Below, piece by piece: positions 53,035-63,588 of a stretch of 64,000 nt of DNA. Position 1 is the stretch's first letter; each line of letters opens with the position of its first letter. Position numbers and translations under genes: made by a program. The notes beneath the pieces were generated by a model. The model saw nothing but the letters and a program-made list of their open reading frames with translations, did not search any database and was not told the DNA's origin. Source of the stretch: Naegleria gruberi (taxonomy: Eukaryota); assembly GCA_000004985.1 (NCBI GenBank), contig GG738896.1; one strand, 5' to 3'.

Positions 53035-54714
53035 ATGAGCAAACGAAATAGACACAATTTTCCATTAATTCCGGAGAAGGAAATATTCAATAATAACACT
53101 CAAGCAAAAAAGAAAAAACTTGTACTCCATGAACAACGAGAAGAAATATTTTCAGATGATATTTGTTTTGAAATAATTTCCATGATTGATGATTCGTGGT
53201 TTATTTTAAATAATTGTACTTTAATTTCAAAACAATTCTTTAATGTGATCCGAGAACGTTCTAAACTTGTTATTCAATTTAAAAAAAAATTTACAGAGAA
53301 AAGAATTGAATTATTCATGAAAAGTCAATTCATGAATAGTATTGCTAATGTTAAATTTTCCGTTTACTCCTTAGACAATGCCAAATTCATAAGTGAAATG
53401 AAACAATTGACATCACTTGGTATTGCTGAAAATCGAATTGGTGATGAAGGAGTTAAATTCATAAGTGAAATGAAACAATTAACTTTACTTGATATATGTT
53501 GCAATGAAATTGGTGTTGAAGGAGCCACGTCAATAAGTGAAATGAAGCAATTAACATCACTTAATATTTCTGGCAATCGAATTGGTGATGAAGGAGCTAA
53601 ACTCATCAGTGAAATGAAGCAATTAACATTACTTAATATTGCTGACAACCGAATTTGTGTAGAAGGTGCAAAATCAATAAGTGAAATGAAACAGTTAACA
53701 TCACTTAGTATTTCTGACAACGAAATTGGTGTAGTAGGAGCAAAATTAATAAGTGAAATGAATCAATTAACATTACTTAATATTTCTAACAACGAAATTG
53801 GTGATGAAGGAGCCAAATTCATCAGTGAAATGAAACAATTGATATCGCTTGATATTTCTAACAATCTAATTGATATAGAAGGTGCAAAATCAATAAGTGA
53901 AATGAAACAGTTAACATCACTTGAGATTTATTACAATGAAATTGGTGATGAAGGAGTCAAATTCATAAGTAAAATGGAACAGTTAACATCGCTTGATATT
54001 TCTGGAAATCAAATTGGTGTAGGAGGAGCTAAATCAATAAGTGAGATGAAACAATTGACATTTCTTCAAATATTTTCCAATCGAATTGGTGATGAGGGAG
54101 CAAATTCAATAAGTGAAATGAAGCAATTAACATCACTTAATATTTATTACAATCAAATTGGTGATGAAGGAGTCAAATTCATAAGTGAAATGGAACAATT
54201 AACATCACTTGATATTGGTGGAAATCAAATTGGTGTAGGAGGAGCTAAATCAATAAGTGAGATGAAACAATTGACATTTCTTCAAATATTTTCCAATCGA
54301 ATTGGTGATGAGGGAGTCAAATTCATAAGTGAAATGAAGCAATTAACATCACTTAATATTTCTGGCAATCGAATTGGTGATGAAGGAGCCAAGTCAATAA
54401 GTGAAATGAAGCAATTAACATTACTTTACATTTCTAGCAACGAAATTGGTGATGAAGGAGTCAAATTCATAAGTGAAATGAAACAATTAACTTTACTTCA
54501 AATATATTCCAATCGAATTGGTGATGAGGGAGTCAAATCAATAAGTGAAATGAAGCAATTAACATCACTTAATATTTCTGGCAATCGAATTGGTGATGAA
54601 GGAGTCAAGTCAATAAGTGAAATGAAGCAATTAACATCACTTAATATTTCTAACAATCGAATTGGTGATGAAGGAGTCAAATTATTAACATCACTTAATA
54701 TTGTCTTATTTTAA
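53035..54714 (+). CDS. F-box / RNI-type leucine-rich-repeat protein (about 20 near-identical 24-aa repeats)
   Basis: F-box-like DDICFEIISMIDDSWFILNNCTLISKQFFNVI. This is followed by repeats of EMKQLTSLNISGNRIGDEGAKSIS, each encoded by a 72-bp unit that is highly similar at the DNA level. Confidence 0.8.
   Translation: MSKRNRHNFPLIPEKEIFNNNTQAKKKKLVLHEQREEIFSDDICFEIISMIDDSWFILNNCTLISKQFFNVIRERSKLVIQFKKKFTEKRIELFMKSQFMNSIANVKFSVYSLDNAKFISEMKQLTSLGIAENRIGDEGVKFISEMKQLTLLDICCNEIGVEGATSISEMKQLTSLNISGNRIGDEGAKLISEMKQLTLLNIADNRICVEGAKSISEMKQLTSLSISDNEIGVVGAKLISEMNQLTLLNISNNEIGDEGAKFISEMKQLISLDISNNLIDIEGAKSISEMKQLTSLEIYYNEIGDEGVKFISKMEQLTSLDISGNQIGVGGAKSISEMKQLTFLQIFSNRIGDEGANSISEMKQLTSLNIYYNQIGDEGVKFISEMEQLTSLDIGGNQIGVGGAKSISEMKQLTFLQIFSNRIGDEGVKFISEMKQLTSLNISGNRIGDEGAKSISEMKQLTLLYISSNEIGDEGVKFISEMKQLTLLQIYSNRIGDEGVKSISEMKQLTSLNISGNRIGDEGVKSISEMKQLTSLNISNNRIGDEGVKLLTSLNIVLF
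53380..54700 (+). repeat. Tandem array of about 72-bp coding repeats (LRR units) inside the F-box/LRR gene
   Basis: ATAAGTGAAATGAAACAATTAACATCACTTAATATTTCTGGCAATCGAATTGGTGATGAAGGAGCCAAATCA and variants, about 18-20 copies. A decayed partial unit follows the stop (54740-54800). Confidence 0.85.
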
Positions 54715-54901
54715 TTGGGTGTTTATTGAAACGCCTTAATCAATGATATTAATGAAGAAGGAGTTAAATATTAGAGAGACATGAAACAATTAATTGCTCT
54801 TGTTTAGTTCGTGTGATGGATCTTGACATGAACTTGATTGTTGACTTAATTTGTCTCTCATGGAATCAATGAAGTTACTAACTTTTTGTCATATATAGAC
54901 G

Positions 54902-55183
54902 ATAGGGATGAACATGTGGCTTCAGCCAATTATGTCGCCAAGAATAATAAAAATAATTAATCGAATCCTAAGCTAATAAGAATCAAAAGGAAGTGCATTA
55001 GCCGGGAGTCGAACCCGGGTCACCAGCTTGGAAGGCTGGTATGATACCGTTACACTACTAATGCTTTCTTGCTTATTTATTTTCAACCTTAATGTTCCGG
55101 ATTAAGGGATGCAATATTTTTCTTAAAATAATTATTTATTTCAATAATCTCAATTAAAAGTGGAATGACATGTCAGAGAACTT
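54902..55183. repeat. Second copy of the 282-bp kinase-3'-end / tRNA-Gly segment
   Basis: Contains a 58-nt orphan fragment of the kinase CDS (DRDEHVASANYVAKNNKNN*) and tRNA-Gly copy d. Small indels distinguish it from the 52703-52984 copy. Confidence 0.85.
54994..55064 (-). tRNA. tRNA-Gly (anticodon TCC), copy d
   Basis: Identical 71-nt sequence, minus strand, inside the duplicated segment. Confidence 0.9.
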
Positions 55184-56827
55184 GTGTAAATTATCATCTA
55201 CAGATTGATTCAATAATTTTTGTTTGAAATTGTCTGCTGAGCCACGGAATTCTGCTATCAGAAGCATATTTACATCACATCCAGATTGCACATCCAAAAT
55301 ATCGTATTTTTCTTTGAATAATAACTCGGCCAATTTTCTATCCAACATCTTATTGGTTGCAGAAAGAGAAGATGGTGAAATAACAGAGACGTATGGAGAT
55401 TGAAATGGCAGAATTTCCTTTGAAACACCCGAATATTTACCACCTTGTGTGAATAGAGTCTTCTTATTGATTGTACCAAAAGAGCAATAGTATCCGCCAA
55501 AGAGTTTAATGTCCATCGAGCCCAAATCGCAATAGCTACTGAATAAATCCTGTTGTTTTTTTTCATTACTTGTAATGACTGGTTTTTCAAGAGGAGATGA
55601 GCTATTGATCCAGTGAGAGCTGTTTGACATGTGACCACCAGCAAATGCTCTTACGTTTCTTTCAATCAAATCAAATTCATTTCGTTCCTTTCCAATGAAA
55701 TGGAGAGAATTGTCTTCCAATTGAGCATAGACTCCATTATCAGTTTGTCCAATTTTTACAATAGGATATTTCAATGCATCTAGATTTGGAACTCGGTGTG
55801 TAGTTCCAGCAGTTACTTTCCATGCAGTTTCACCACAACTATAAATCAAAAATCTGTTAAAGACCAATGCACTTGAAAATGTACCACAAGTCAAGTCTGT
55901 CACTCTATAGGTTTCGTATGGATTTTCATCATGATTACCCGATTTAAAAATGTCAAAAGAATCATTCAAAACTTGATATTGAGGATTGAAATCTGCTCCA
56001 AACAATTGTTTGAAATAAGAGTGACCAGCTCCCAAAATAATATTCCTATTCACAACAATAATGGTATGGAACCAACCACAGGCAACAAAATCAACAGTTT
56101 GAATATTACTAAAATGTTGTCTGATAAAACTTTCTTGCTTTTCACTCCAATTACGAGTTCTAATGATAGAAGGCAATGCATTAGACATGGCAGATGTTAA
56201 ATAATCATTCAATGGTGAAAATAGCTCTACATATTCAGAGGGTTCAGTTTGTAACTGATTATAATTATTCTTTCCACAGCCAAATACTTTAGCATCACTC
56301 GCTATATTTGATTAACACAACAACAGTCAATAATATTAGCTACTTACTAGCAATCAATGAGTGAGATCTTCCGCAAGCAATAATATTCACTCGACTAAGA
56401 ATTTCTTCACTTTCATTATCAGAAAGTCCTTTAATTTGTGTAACTTCCTTCCATTCTTCCATTGAACTAACATCATTCCTATCAAAACCTAATTGTGCAC
56501 TATCATTAGATCCTATTTAAATATATTTGTAACGTTAAACTTCATCATGCAAACGTTTCGAAACTTACCTGAAGTAAATATCTTGGCTCTCTTGATAGAA
56601 TTGCCTGACGAGGCTGATGGTAATTGTCTCTTGGTTGCTGGATTTCTTTCCTTTTGCTTCTTTCTATTATTATTTGATAAAGTTGAATTATTCAGTGATG
56701 GTGAGGATATTATCGATGTTTCTGATGATGAAGGAGAAGACTGATCACTAACCACCTGATTCAAATCTTCATTCTGGTCCGATCGGTTGTTATTACTACC
56801 AAATAGCGATCCAAAAAATTGCTTCAT
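55154..56827 (-). CDS. RCC1-repeat (regulator of chromosome condensation-like) protein; 3 exons: 56569-56827, 56348-56512, 55154-56301
   Basis: Exon 1 (MKQFFGSLFGS..., Ser-rich) ends at G|GTAAGT. A 56-nt intron precedes exon 2 (GSNDSAQLGFD...RVNIIACGRSHSLIA), which ends at A|GTAAGT. A 46-nt intron precedes exon 3 (TSDAKVFGCGKNNYNQLQTE...VACGWFHTIIV...). RCC1 signatures CG..HS/HT and G.N..GQLG. Phases 1, 1 are consistent. Confidence 0.65.
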
Positions 56828-57111
56828 TCTTTCAATGAGTTTTTTCAAGTGTTTTTTCAAGTACGCGTAAAAAACTTTTGCGAATTTTTTTTAAATTTGA
56901 TTTTGCTGTTGAAAGATGCATAAATGTTTGAAATGATGAGTTCGCAATAGTTGCCTTTTTTGGGGACATTTGAGAGGGAAGTTGCTTTAGTGAGTTGTTT
57001 GGAATGTGAGTGTAAAAAACATGGTTCTAATCAGTTGAGAAACTAGTATTGATATTGAGGGAAAATATCTCTAGGAATGACGTTTTGGCGGTTGGCAGTT
57101 GGTGTGGAATT

Positions 57112-58368
57112 TTAGAGAGCTTTCCAGAATTGTCTGATACCGAGAAGGAGCATAGTAAGGGAGAAGGTATGCTTTAAAACTTGTTCGTCCATGTTGCTGG
57201 CAAGGAAACCTCCACTGTAAGCTCCTACTGCACTTCCTGTCATTAAAATTGGAGCTAGTTTGAGAATGACATTTCCAACTCTCCAATGTGAATAGAGAGC
57301 TACTGAAGAAGGGATGGTCATGGCAGCAAGTGAAGTACCAATGACTAGTTTTGTTGATGTGTGTTCCTTTTTGATTGGTGACTTGTCACTCCATAAAAAA
57401 CTCAACGCTGGAACAATTAGAATTCCACCACCAACTCCAAGTAAGCCACTCATCACACCAATGATTGAACCCAAAACAAAGAGAGCTCCTGCTTCTTGAA
57501 TGGATGGTAATTTCAATTTCTGATTTGTTTCAGATTGTTCCTTTGTGCTATCACTCACTGGTTTCTCCTTCTCATCGTCAGAATGAAGCAATGAAACAAG
57601 TGGAGCCACAAACAACATGAAACAGGCAAGAATTAATTTTAAAGTCCTATCCTGAATCGAGCTCGATAATTTGACTCCAAATCTTGCAGTAAAGGCAGCA
57701 AAAGTTGCAATCAAAATTGATGTTACAATATCTACAGAATTATCACCAACAAAATACAATGTACCAGCTCCCACAAAGCCAGCAGTCACAACAGTCACTA
57801 GACAGGTGGCTACAATCTGCTTGGCGCTCAATAAATGTGGAAATAATTGAGTAATTAATGGAATTAAAATGATATTTCCACCCAAACCAACCATTCCACC
57901 AAAAGTTCCTCCCACAATAGAAACTCCAAATAATTTTACAAAATCCCAAGTATTAAACACTGGATTTGGTTTTGTAATTTGTTCATCCTTTTTCATATTT
58001 GAATTTTCCTTATTGTCTGATGAAGAACAAGTCGAATCGGAATTGGTTTGCAAAGATGAAGCTTCCTTTTCCCTCATCAACACTCCCCTACTCCATTCTC
58101 TCTTAATAACCCTTCCAAAATTCATCAATAACCCTTCCGAAGATCCTCTATAATTAATATTCCCATGTTTCTTTTCAAATTCATCATCATGATTATTTAC
58201 AATTTTAAAATTTCTAAAATCTGGCAAAGATTTCTTCATCAACAAATTATTGTTGTTATTATGCAAAGATAATTTTGCTAATCCCGAACCCACAACAACA
58301 GTAGAAATTTTCGGTGGCATCTTACAAGAAGATGTGGAGATGAAAATGGTCGCAGATCGTTTGAGCAT
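57112..58368 (-). CDS. TSUP/TauE-SafE family membrane transporter (DUF81)
   Basis: Two DUF81 halves with G-rich TM motifs (FGVSIVGGTFGGMVGLGGNIILIPL; GVMSGLLGVGGGILIVPAL), linked by a hydrophilic loop. Real ATG at 58368. Confidence 0.75.
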   Translation of the reverse strand: MLKRSATIFISTSSCKMPPKISTVVVGSGLAKLSLHNNNNNLLMKKSLPDFRNFKIVNNHDDEFEKKHGNINYRGSSEGLLMNFGRVIKREWSRGVLMREKEASSLQTNSDSTCSSSDNKENSNMKKDEQITKPNPVFNTWDFVKLFGVSIVGGTFGGMVGLGGNIILIPLITQLFPHLLSAKQIVATCLVTVVTAGFVGAGTLYFVGDNSVDIVTSILIATFAAFTARFGVKLSSSIQDRTLKLILACFMLFVAPLVSLLHSDDEKEKPVSDSTKEQSETNQKLKLPSIQEAGALFVLGSIIGVMSGLLGVGGGILIVPALSFLWSDKSPIKKEHTSTKLVIGTSLAAMTIPSSVALYSHWRVGNVILKLAPILMTGSAVGAYSGGFLASNMDEQVLKHTFSLTMLLLGIRQFWKAL

Positions 58369-58765
58369 TTTTTTTTATGAATTTTCTTGTTTTTGAAAAT
58401 GTTTTTTGTAATTTTAAAGATTTTGTTTGGTGGGTGGATAATAAATTTCTCCGATTTCATTGGATTCTTGAGTGTCCTTTACAATAACTTGAAATGCTAT
58501 AATCTTCCATTTTAGTCTTTGATGTATAAAGCTCTGATGTTCAGAAATATTAAACTTCAAGTCAAGAGTAGACATACCTTGCCCACATTCTTCAAAACGA
58601 AATCCCGCGCTCAATTCCTCTTATTAAAGCTTTGGAAAACAACAAAGGAGAAAATTCAACAAGAAATTGATTCTCTCTTGGCCTTGAAATCGTGGAAGGC
58701 TTCCAAAAGCTATTATAATCTGATGACTCCAAATTCTTGGAGAATATATTTAAAAAACAAAAAAA

Positions 58766-59674
58766 ATGAATAAGGCAAAGAACAAAGCCAAGAAAACTCA
58801 AGCAAGCACTTCCTTTGCCAAAGATGTTTCCCAAGAAGGCTCTTCCTCGCCAGCTAAAAAAGTATCACAAGTAAGCGCTTCCTATCCATCAAAACAGGTT
58901 TCCCAAGAAGGGTCTTCCCCTCAAAACAAAGAGGTATCACCTACTTTCAAATGTGAATGCAACACTTCTATATACAATCAAATACGCAACGCAGATACAA
59001 CCACAGGTATCCAATTACTTGTAAACACTTTAGTTCAGTTCATAGATGATATTAACCAAGATATTGCATGTATTAAACAAGATATTGCATGTATTAAGCA
59101 AGATATTGCAAGTATTAAGAAGGATTTGAACAATCCTAACACAAATGTTGGATGTTTGTATGAGTTACAAGTTAAGAATGAATTTGAAAAGGAATACAGT
59201 CATGTCGAGTGGCCAATGATATTGCAAAGAAAACAATTTCCTAAGCAATTTTTCGAAGTAGATGCGAACAGCAGTCACTATACTAACCTGTGCAATGAAT
59301 TAGTGGAGTCCAAAGTGATGTCATTGGAGAATGCTACAGTATTGGACTTATTTATTGGCAGTGTGGAAATTAACGTTGTTAGGAAAGAAACACAATCCAA
59401 AAATGATACTCATATCATTGAAGTAACAATGTCCTCCTTTACCAATGACTGCCAGTTGATTTGTAAACTTTTACAATTGGAACGACAAGCTCTTTATTAC
59501 AGAGCTTGCTATCCAAATGACAAAATTACAACAATTGGATTGGTTTCTCCTTCCAGTTTGACTATAGACAGAATTAAGGGGGTAGTAGAGAAATATTCAA
59601 ACTTTGTTATTGTTAGATCATTTCTTGAGAGTGGAAATTTCAAGGTTCAGAGACATAGCAATAAGCCAATTTAA
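58766..59674 (+). CDS. Hypothetical protein with Ser/Gln-rich N-terminal repeats and a QDIACIK tandem repeat
   Basis: 302-codon ORF from an ATG in A-rich context. Three copies of a 24-bp unit (59057-59128). No known domain. Confidence 0.5.
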   Translation: MNKAKNKAKKTQASTSFAKDVSQEGSSSPAKKVSQVSASYPSKQVSQEGSSPQNKEVSPTFKCECNTSIYNQIRNADTTTGIQLLVNTLVQFIDDINQDIACIKQDIACIKQDIASIKKDLNNPNTNVGCLYELQVKNEFEKEYSHVEWPMILQRKQFPKQFFEVDANSSHYTNLCNELVESKVMSLENATVLDLFIGSVEINVVRKETQSKNDTHIIEVTMSSFTNDCQLICKLLQLERQALYYRACYPNDKITTIGLVSPSSLTIDRIKGVVEKYSNFVIVRSFLESGNFKVQRHSNKPI

Positions 59675-59848
59675 TAACCATGATAAACATTCCCATAGCT
59701 CATAAAACTCTGTAATTTCTCAATTCAGTTGCAGCATGTTTCCATCACGTTATTAATTATACCATTCCTCAACTTGATTTGCAAATGAAAATAACGATCT
59801 GTGGCAAAGCGCAATGGGTCCCAGATTTAGATAAAAAATCGAAAAAAA

Positions 59849-62800
59849 ATGATGAAAGGATATCTAACCACCCTTGTTATCTTTCTCTATTGTTGCTACT
59901 GTTTTCTCTCTTCAATAGCGTTGGTACAGGTGGGAAATTGTGCATCAATTTCACAGCAAACATTTTCATCTCTACTCAACTCGACTGAAACTCCGATTCT
60001 CTCCTTGACAATGTATCTCGGCGGAGCTAAATCTCCAACCAGTGATTCTACCAGTTGGGGTAATTTATGTGGAGTTGCAATGGAAAACCCTTGCAAAAGT
60101 TTTGGTCAATTGATGATCAGTTTTAATTCGACTTTGTTTAATTTGCATGAAAATTTCACAAATTTACAAGTTGAAAGAAATGTTTATTTGAAGATTTATT
60201 TGTTATCTAGTGATGGATCGGTTGTGTGCTCGAATAATCAGGTGGATTTGGGGATGGTTTCATCGATGAAATATTTTGTGGAAATTACAAAAATAGACGA
60301 AACTAAACCCTTGTTGATTTGTTCGAATACAGTTAATACTTACCTGAGTATTCCAATTCCACCTCAGATCAACGTCATTTACTTTCATTCTTTGAAATTT
60401 CAATCACTCTTGATCAAATATGACAATTCCAAATCAAGACCACTTGACATTTTGATTGAGGATTGTGAAATGGTGAATGTTTCAATTGAAGAATATAGAA
60501 AATCAATTCGAGATGATTGGGCAAAATATTTTATCATGGAGAATTCAAAATTTATTTCCAATATCTTTCCTCTCAAAATTCTCTATACGAATCAAGTCAT
60601 TATCGTAAAATCTCAATTTAATTACATGCTTGGAGTTCAATTTGGACACTCAGTAACTATACAAGAATCGGTAATTCTTGGACACCCTTCAATTATCTCG
60701 AATTTACAGACCTTTCGGATAACTAATTCATCCCTAGAGTCAGTTGGCATTCAAAGTGTGGAAAATGTGGATTTCATTGGTGTGTTTTTCTTTGAATCCA
60801 AATTGTATCAGACATCAATTTCAATTTCTCAGATAACTGGTTTCTCTGGCAACAAGTGGACTTTCACGGATTGCATTTCAAAACGAGTGGAAAATTTTGC
60901 ATCTATTCGCTCAGTGGAAAGTGTTCTAATTGAGAATATTTTATTGGAAAGTTCAGGTTCGATTAGTAATGGAATGGTGCCTTTTATTTATTTAGATAGT
61001 TGCAATACAGTGACCATGCTTAGGAATATCATTAAGAAAGGGGTTTCCTTCATTCAGATTAATTATTATTATACTGTGCAAATAGTTTCGTCTCAATTTT
61101 ATAATAATGCTCCGTTGCTTATTGATAGATCTTCACCAATTGAAACATCCCAAAGTAGAATTTCAATCATTAATTCAAAATTTTCTGGATCTGTTTCTAG
61201 ATATGGACCAGTCCAAATTAATTATTGCACTAATTTAAATATTTATGGTTGTGTATTTAATGATAATATAGCAACAGTGTCTGGAGGTGCTTTGTTCATT
61301 GGAAATTTAGTACATTCTTCACAAATAGCTGAAAGTTATTTTATTAATAATCAAGTGGCATGTGAAGGAATTCCAAATATGGAAAAATGTTCTGGTGGAG
61401 CAATTTCATATACCAATAGTGAAAACTCGAATGGAATTTTAATTGAAAAATGTAATTTTAGAAATAATGTTGCATCTAGAGGTGGAATTTTATATTTTGG
61501 AAAGAATAATGCCTATATTAGGGTTACTAATTCGACTATGGAAAACAATCAAGCCAAGTTGACTGGAAGCATTGCTTATTTTAATTACAAGGAAGAAAGG
61601 TATTTCCAAATGATTGATGTTAATAGGAAGAATAATTTTTCACCAACAAGCATTGATTTGGCTGAGAAGATTTCGTATAATTCAGCTTCAATTATGGGAA
61701 TTTCCAATGAGAATGATGTATATGAATTGTCCATTGGGAAAAAGTATTCACTTAACCTTACTGGTACGGATGGATATGGAAATCAAACTAATCAAGTTAT
61801 TGATCAATTATCAATAGAATCATCTGATTCTCGTTTGACAATGACATTAGATCAGCAACTAGATTCGATTACTTTCCAACTATTCTTCCTTGATTCGGCT
61901 CAGAATTTCTCATTGCTGGGTTTCAAAAATACTTTTAAAATTACAACACCTAACAACCCTGTCAATCTTTCCATTATAATCAAATCATGTGATACAGGTT
62001 TTGAAATAACAAGTACAGTTACCGAAAAAACTGGAATTTACTTGTACGATTGTCGACCTATTCCTGTATTCCCTATTGGAATATTATTGGGTTTAGTAAT
62101 TGGATGTTCATTATTTGTTTTTATTTTAGGAGTTTCTATTGGATTGGCAAGTTATTGTTTGTGGAATGTTGTTAAAAAGTTGAGAAAACTCAGACAAAAG
62201 GAAATTGCAGAGAAACAAATGGAAGACGCTTTATTGAATAAGAGAATAATATTCAACATGACAGAGGATGAGGAGGAATACTATGAGAAACGACCAGAAG
62301 CCGAATCTGGTAGTAAGAATTCAAAAGCTTCCTATCAGAAACTTCCTGATTCTGAACTAAGTTCTTCCTTAATGAATCAAAACAAGACTAAACATAGATA
62401 CAGCATGTCCTCTTCATTCATCATCCCAATAGAAGATATCACAATTATCAAAAAGATTGGTGAAGGAGGTGCTGCAAATGTTTATTACGGAACTTGGACG
62501 AATATTAAGGTTGCAATTAAATCTCTCAAATCTGAAATTAACGAAGATTTCGAACAAAATTTCGAAAGAGAAGCTTCCATTTTGAGTAATATTAGACATC
62601 CAAATGTTTTAACGTTTTATGGTGTTTGCTTAACAGATAAAAGTCGATACATTGTAACTGAATATATGGAGAAGGGAACATTGGAAAAATTTATATACGA
62701 AAGTAGAAATAGAGGAATGAATATTGAGCTTCTCAAGACTATTCTGACATTATTGTGTGGAATTTCTAATGGAATGCAATATCTTCATGCACTTAAACCT

Positions 62801-63435
62801 GCTGTCATTCACAGAGATTTGAAATCGAGTAATATTTTACTTGATGAGAGGAATAATCCAAAAGTTTCGGATTTTGGATTGGTGAAAGTTTTAGGAACGA
62901 ACACAATGCAAACTCAAATGACGAAAGCCATTGGAACCATCTTTTTCATGGTAAGTATTGTAAAATTTAATTCGAATCTCACTAATTTTCTCAAAGGCAC
63001 CAGTAAGTATTTCTATATTTCGATTGACTTGAATCAAAATTTATTGAAATTTGACAGGAATCTTTCATGACTGATCATCCAATTGATAATAAGGAAGCAG
63101 CAACCAAACTAGATGTCTACAGCTTTTCAATCTTAATGTGGGAATTATTCTTTAGGAAAAGTCCCTACCATCACGTCAAGAATACTTTCAAAATTCCACA
63201 ACTAGTTTGCGATGGTGAAAGACCTCAAATACCCTTCTCTGTTGGAAATCAAGAAGAAATTAGGGAATGGTTATTGGAAAGTAATGGAGAATCTAATTCT
63301 GATGTGGTGATACAGTGTATTGATCGATATTTTTCACTTGTTGTAAAGTGTTGGAATCACAATCCATTGGAAAGACCTTTATTTTCGAATATTAGACAAG
63401 AATTGGAAGAAATATTGTCAAGCATTAACCATTAA
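59849..63435 (+). CDS. Receptor-like protein kinase with beta-helix-repeat ectodomain; exons 59849-62950, 62997-63002 (6-nt microexon) and 63058-63435
   Basis: Signal peptide. Ectodomain has parallel-beta-helix / PMP-like repeats (SGGALFIGN..., SGGAISYTN..., RGGILYFGKN...). TM IGILLGLVIGCSLFVFILGVSIGLASYCLW. Kinase motifs (IGEGGAANVYYG, VAIK, HRDLKSSNILL, DFGLVK). Exon 1 ends ...GTIFFM at GTAAGT 62951. The microexon ag|GCACCA|GTAAGT (AP) recreates MAPE. Exon 3 is ESFMTDHP...DVYSFSILMWEL.... Confidence 0.75.
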
Positions 63436-63588
63436 TTGAACTATTTTGGAAAATGTTATTTTCATTGTAAACATGTGTTTACAATTCCAAAACGCAATTA
63501 TCATAAATTAATCTTTTCAATTCCAAAGATCTTTTTGGATATTCCTCAACTAGTTGCAAGTCTAAAATAGTTAATAATGGCTTGTACT

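Noticed and set aside
53380-54700. Regular about 72-bp direct repeats that could superficially suggest a CRISPR array
   Set aside because: The repeats are contiguous with no unique spacers. They lie inside one long ORF and translate into canonical RNI-type leucine-rich repeats. The context is eukaryotic (introns, tRNA and 5S genes).
57071-57286. Small minus-strand ORF (71 aa) overlapping the 3' end of the TSUP transporter gene
   Set aside because: Alternative frame of a well-supported gene. No independent evidence.
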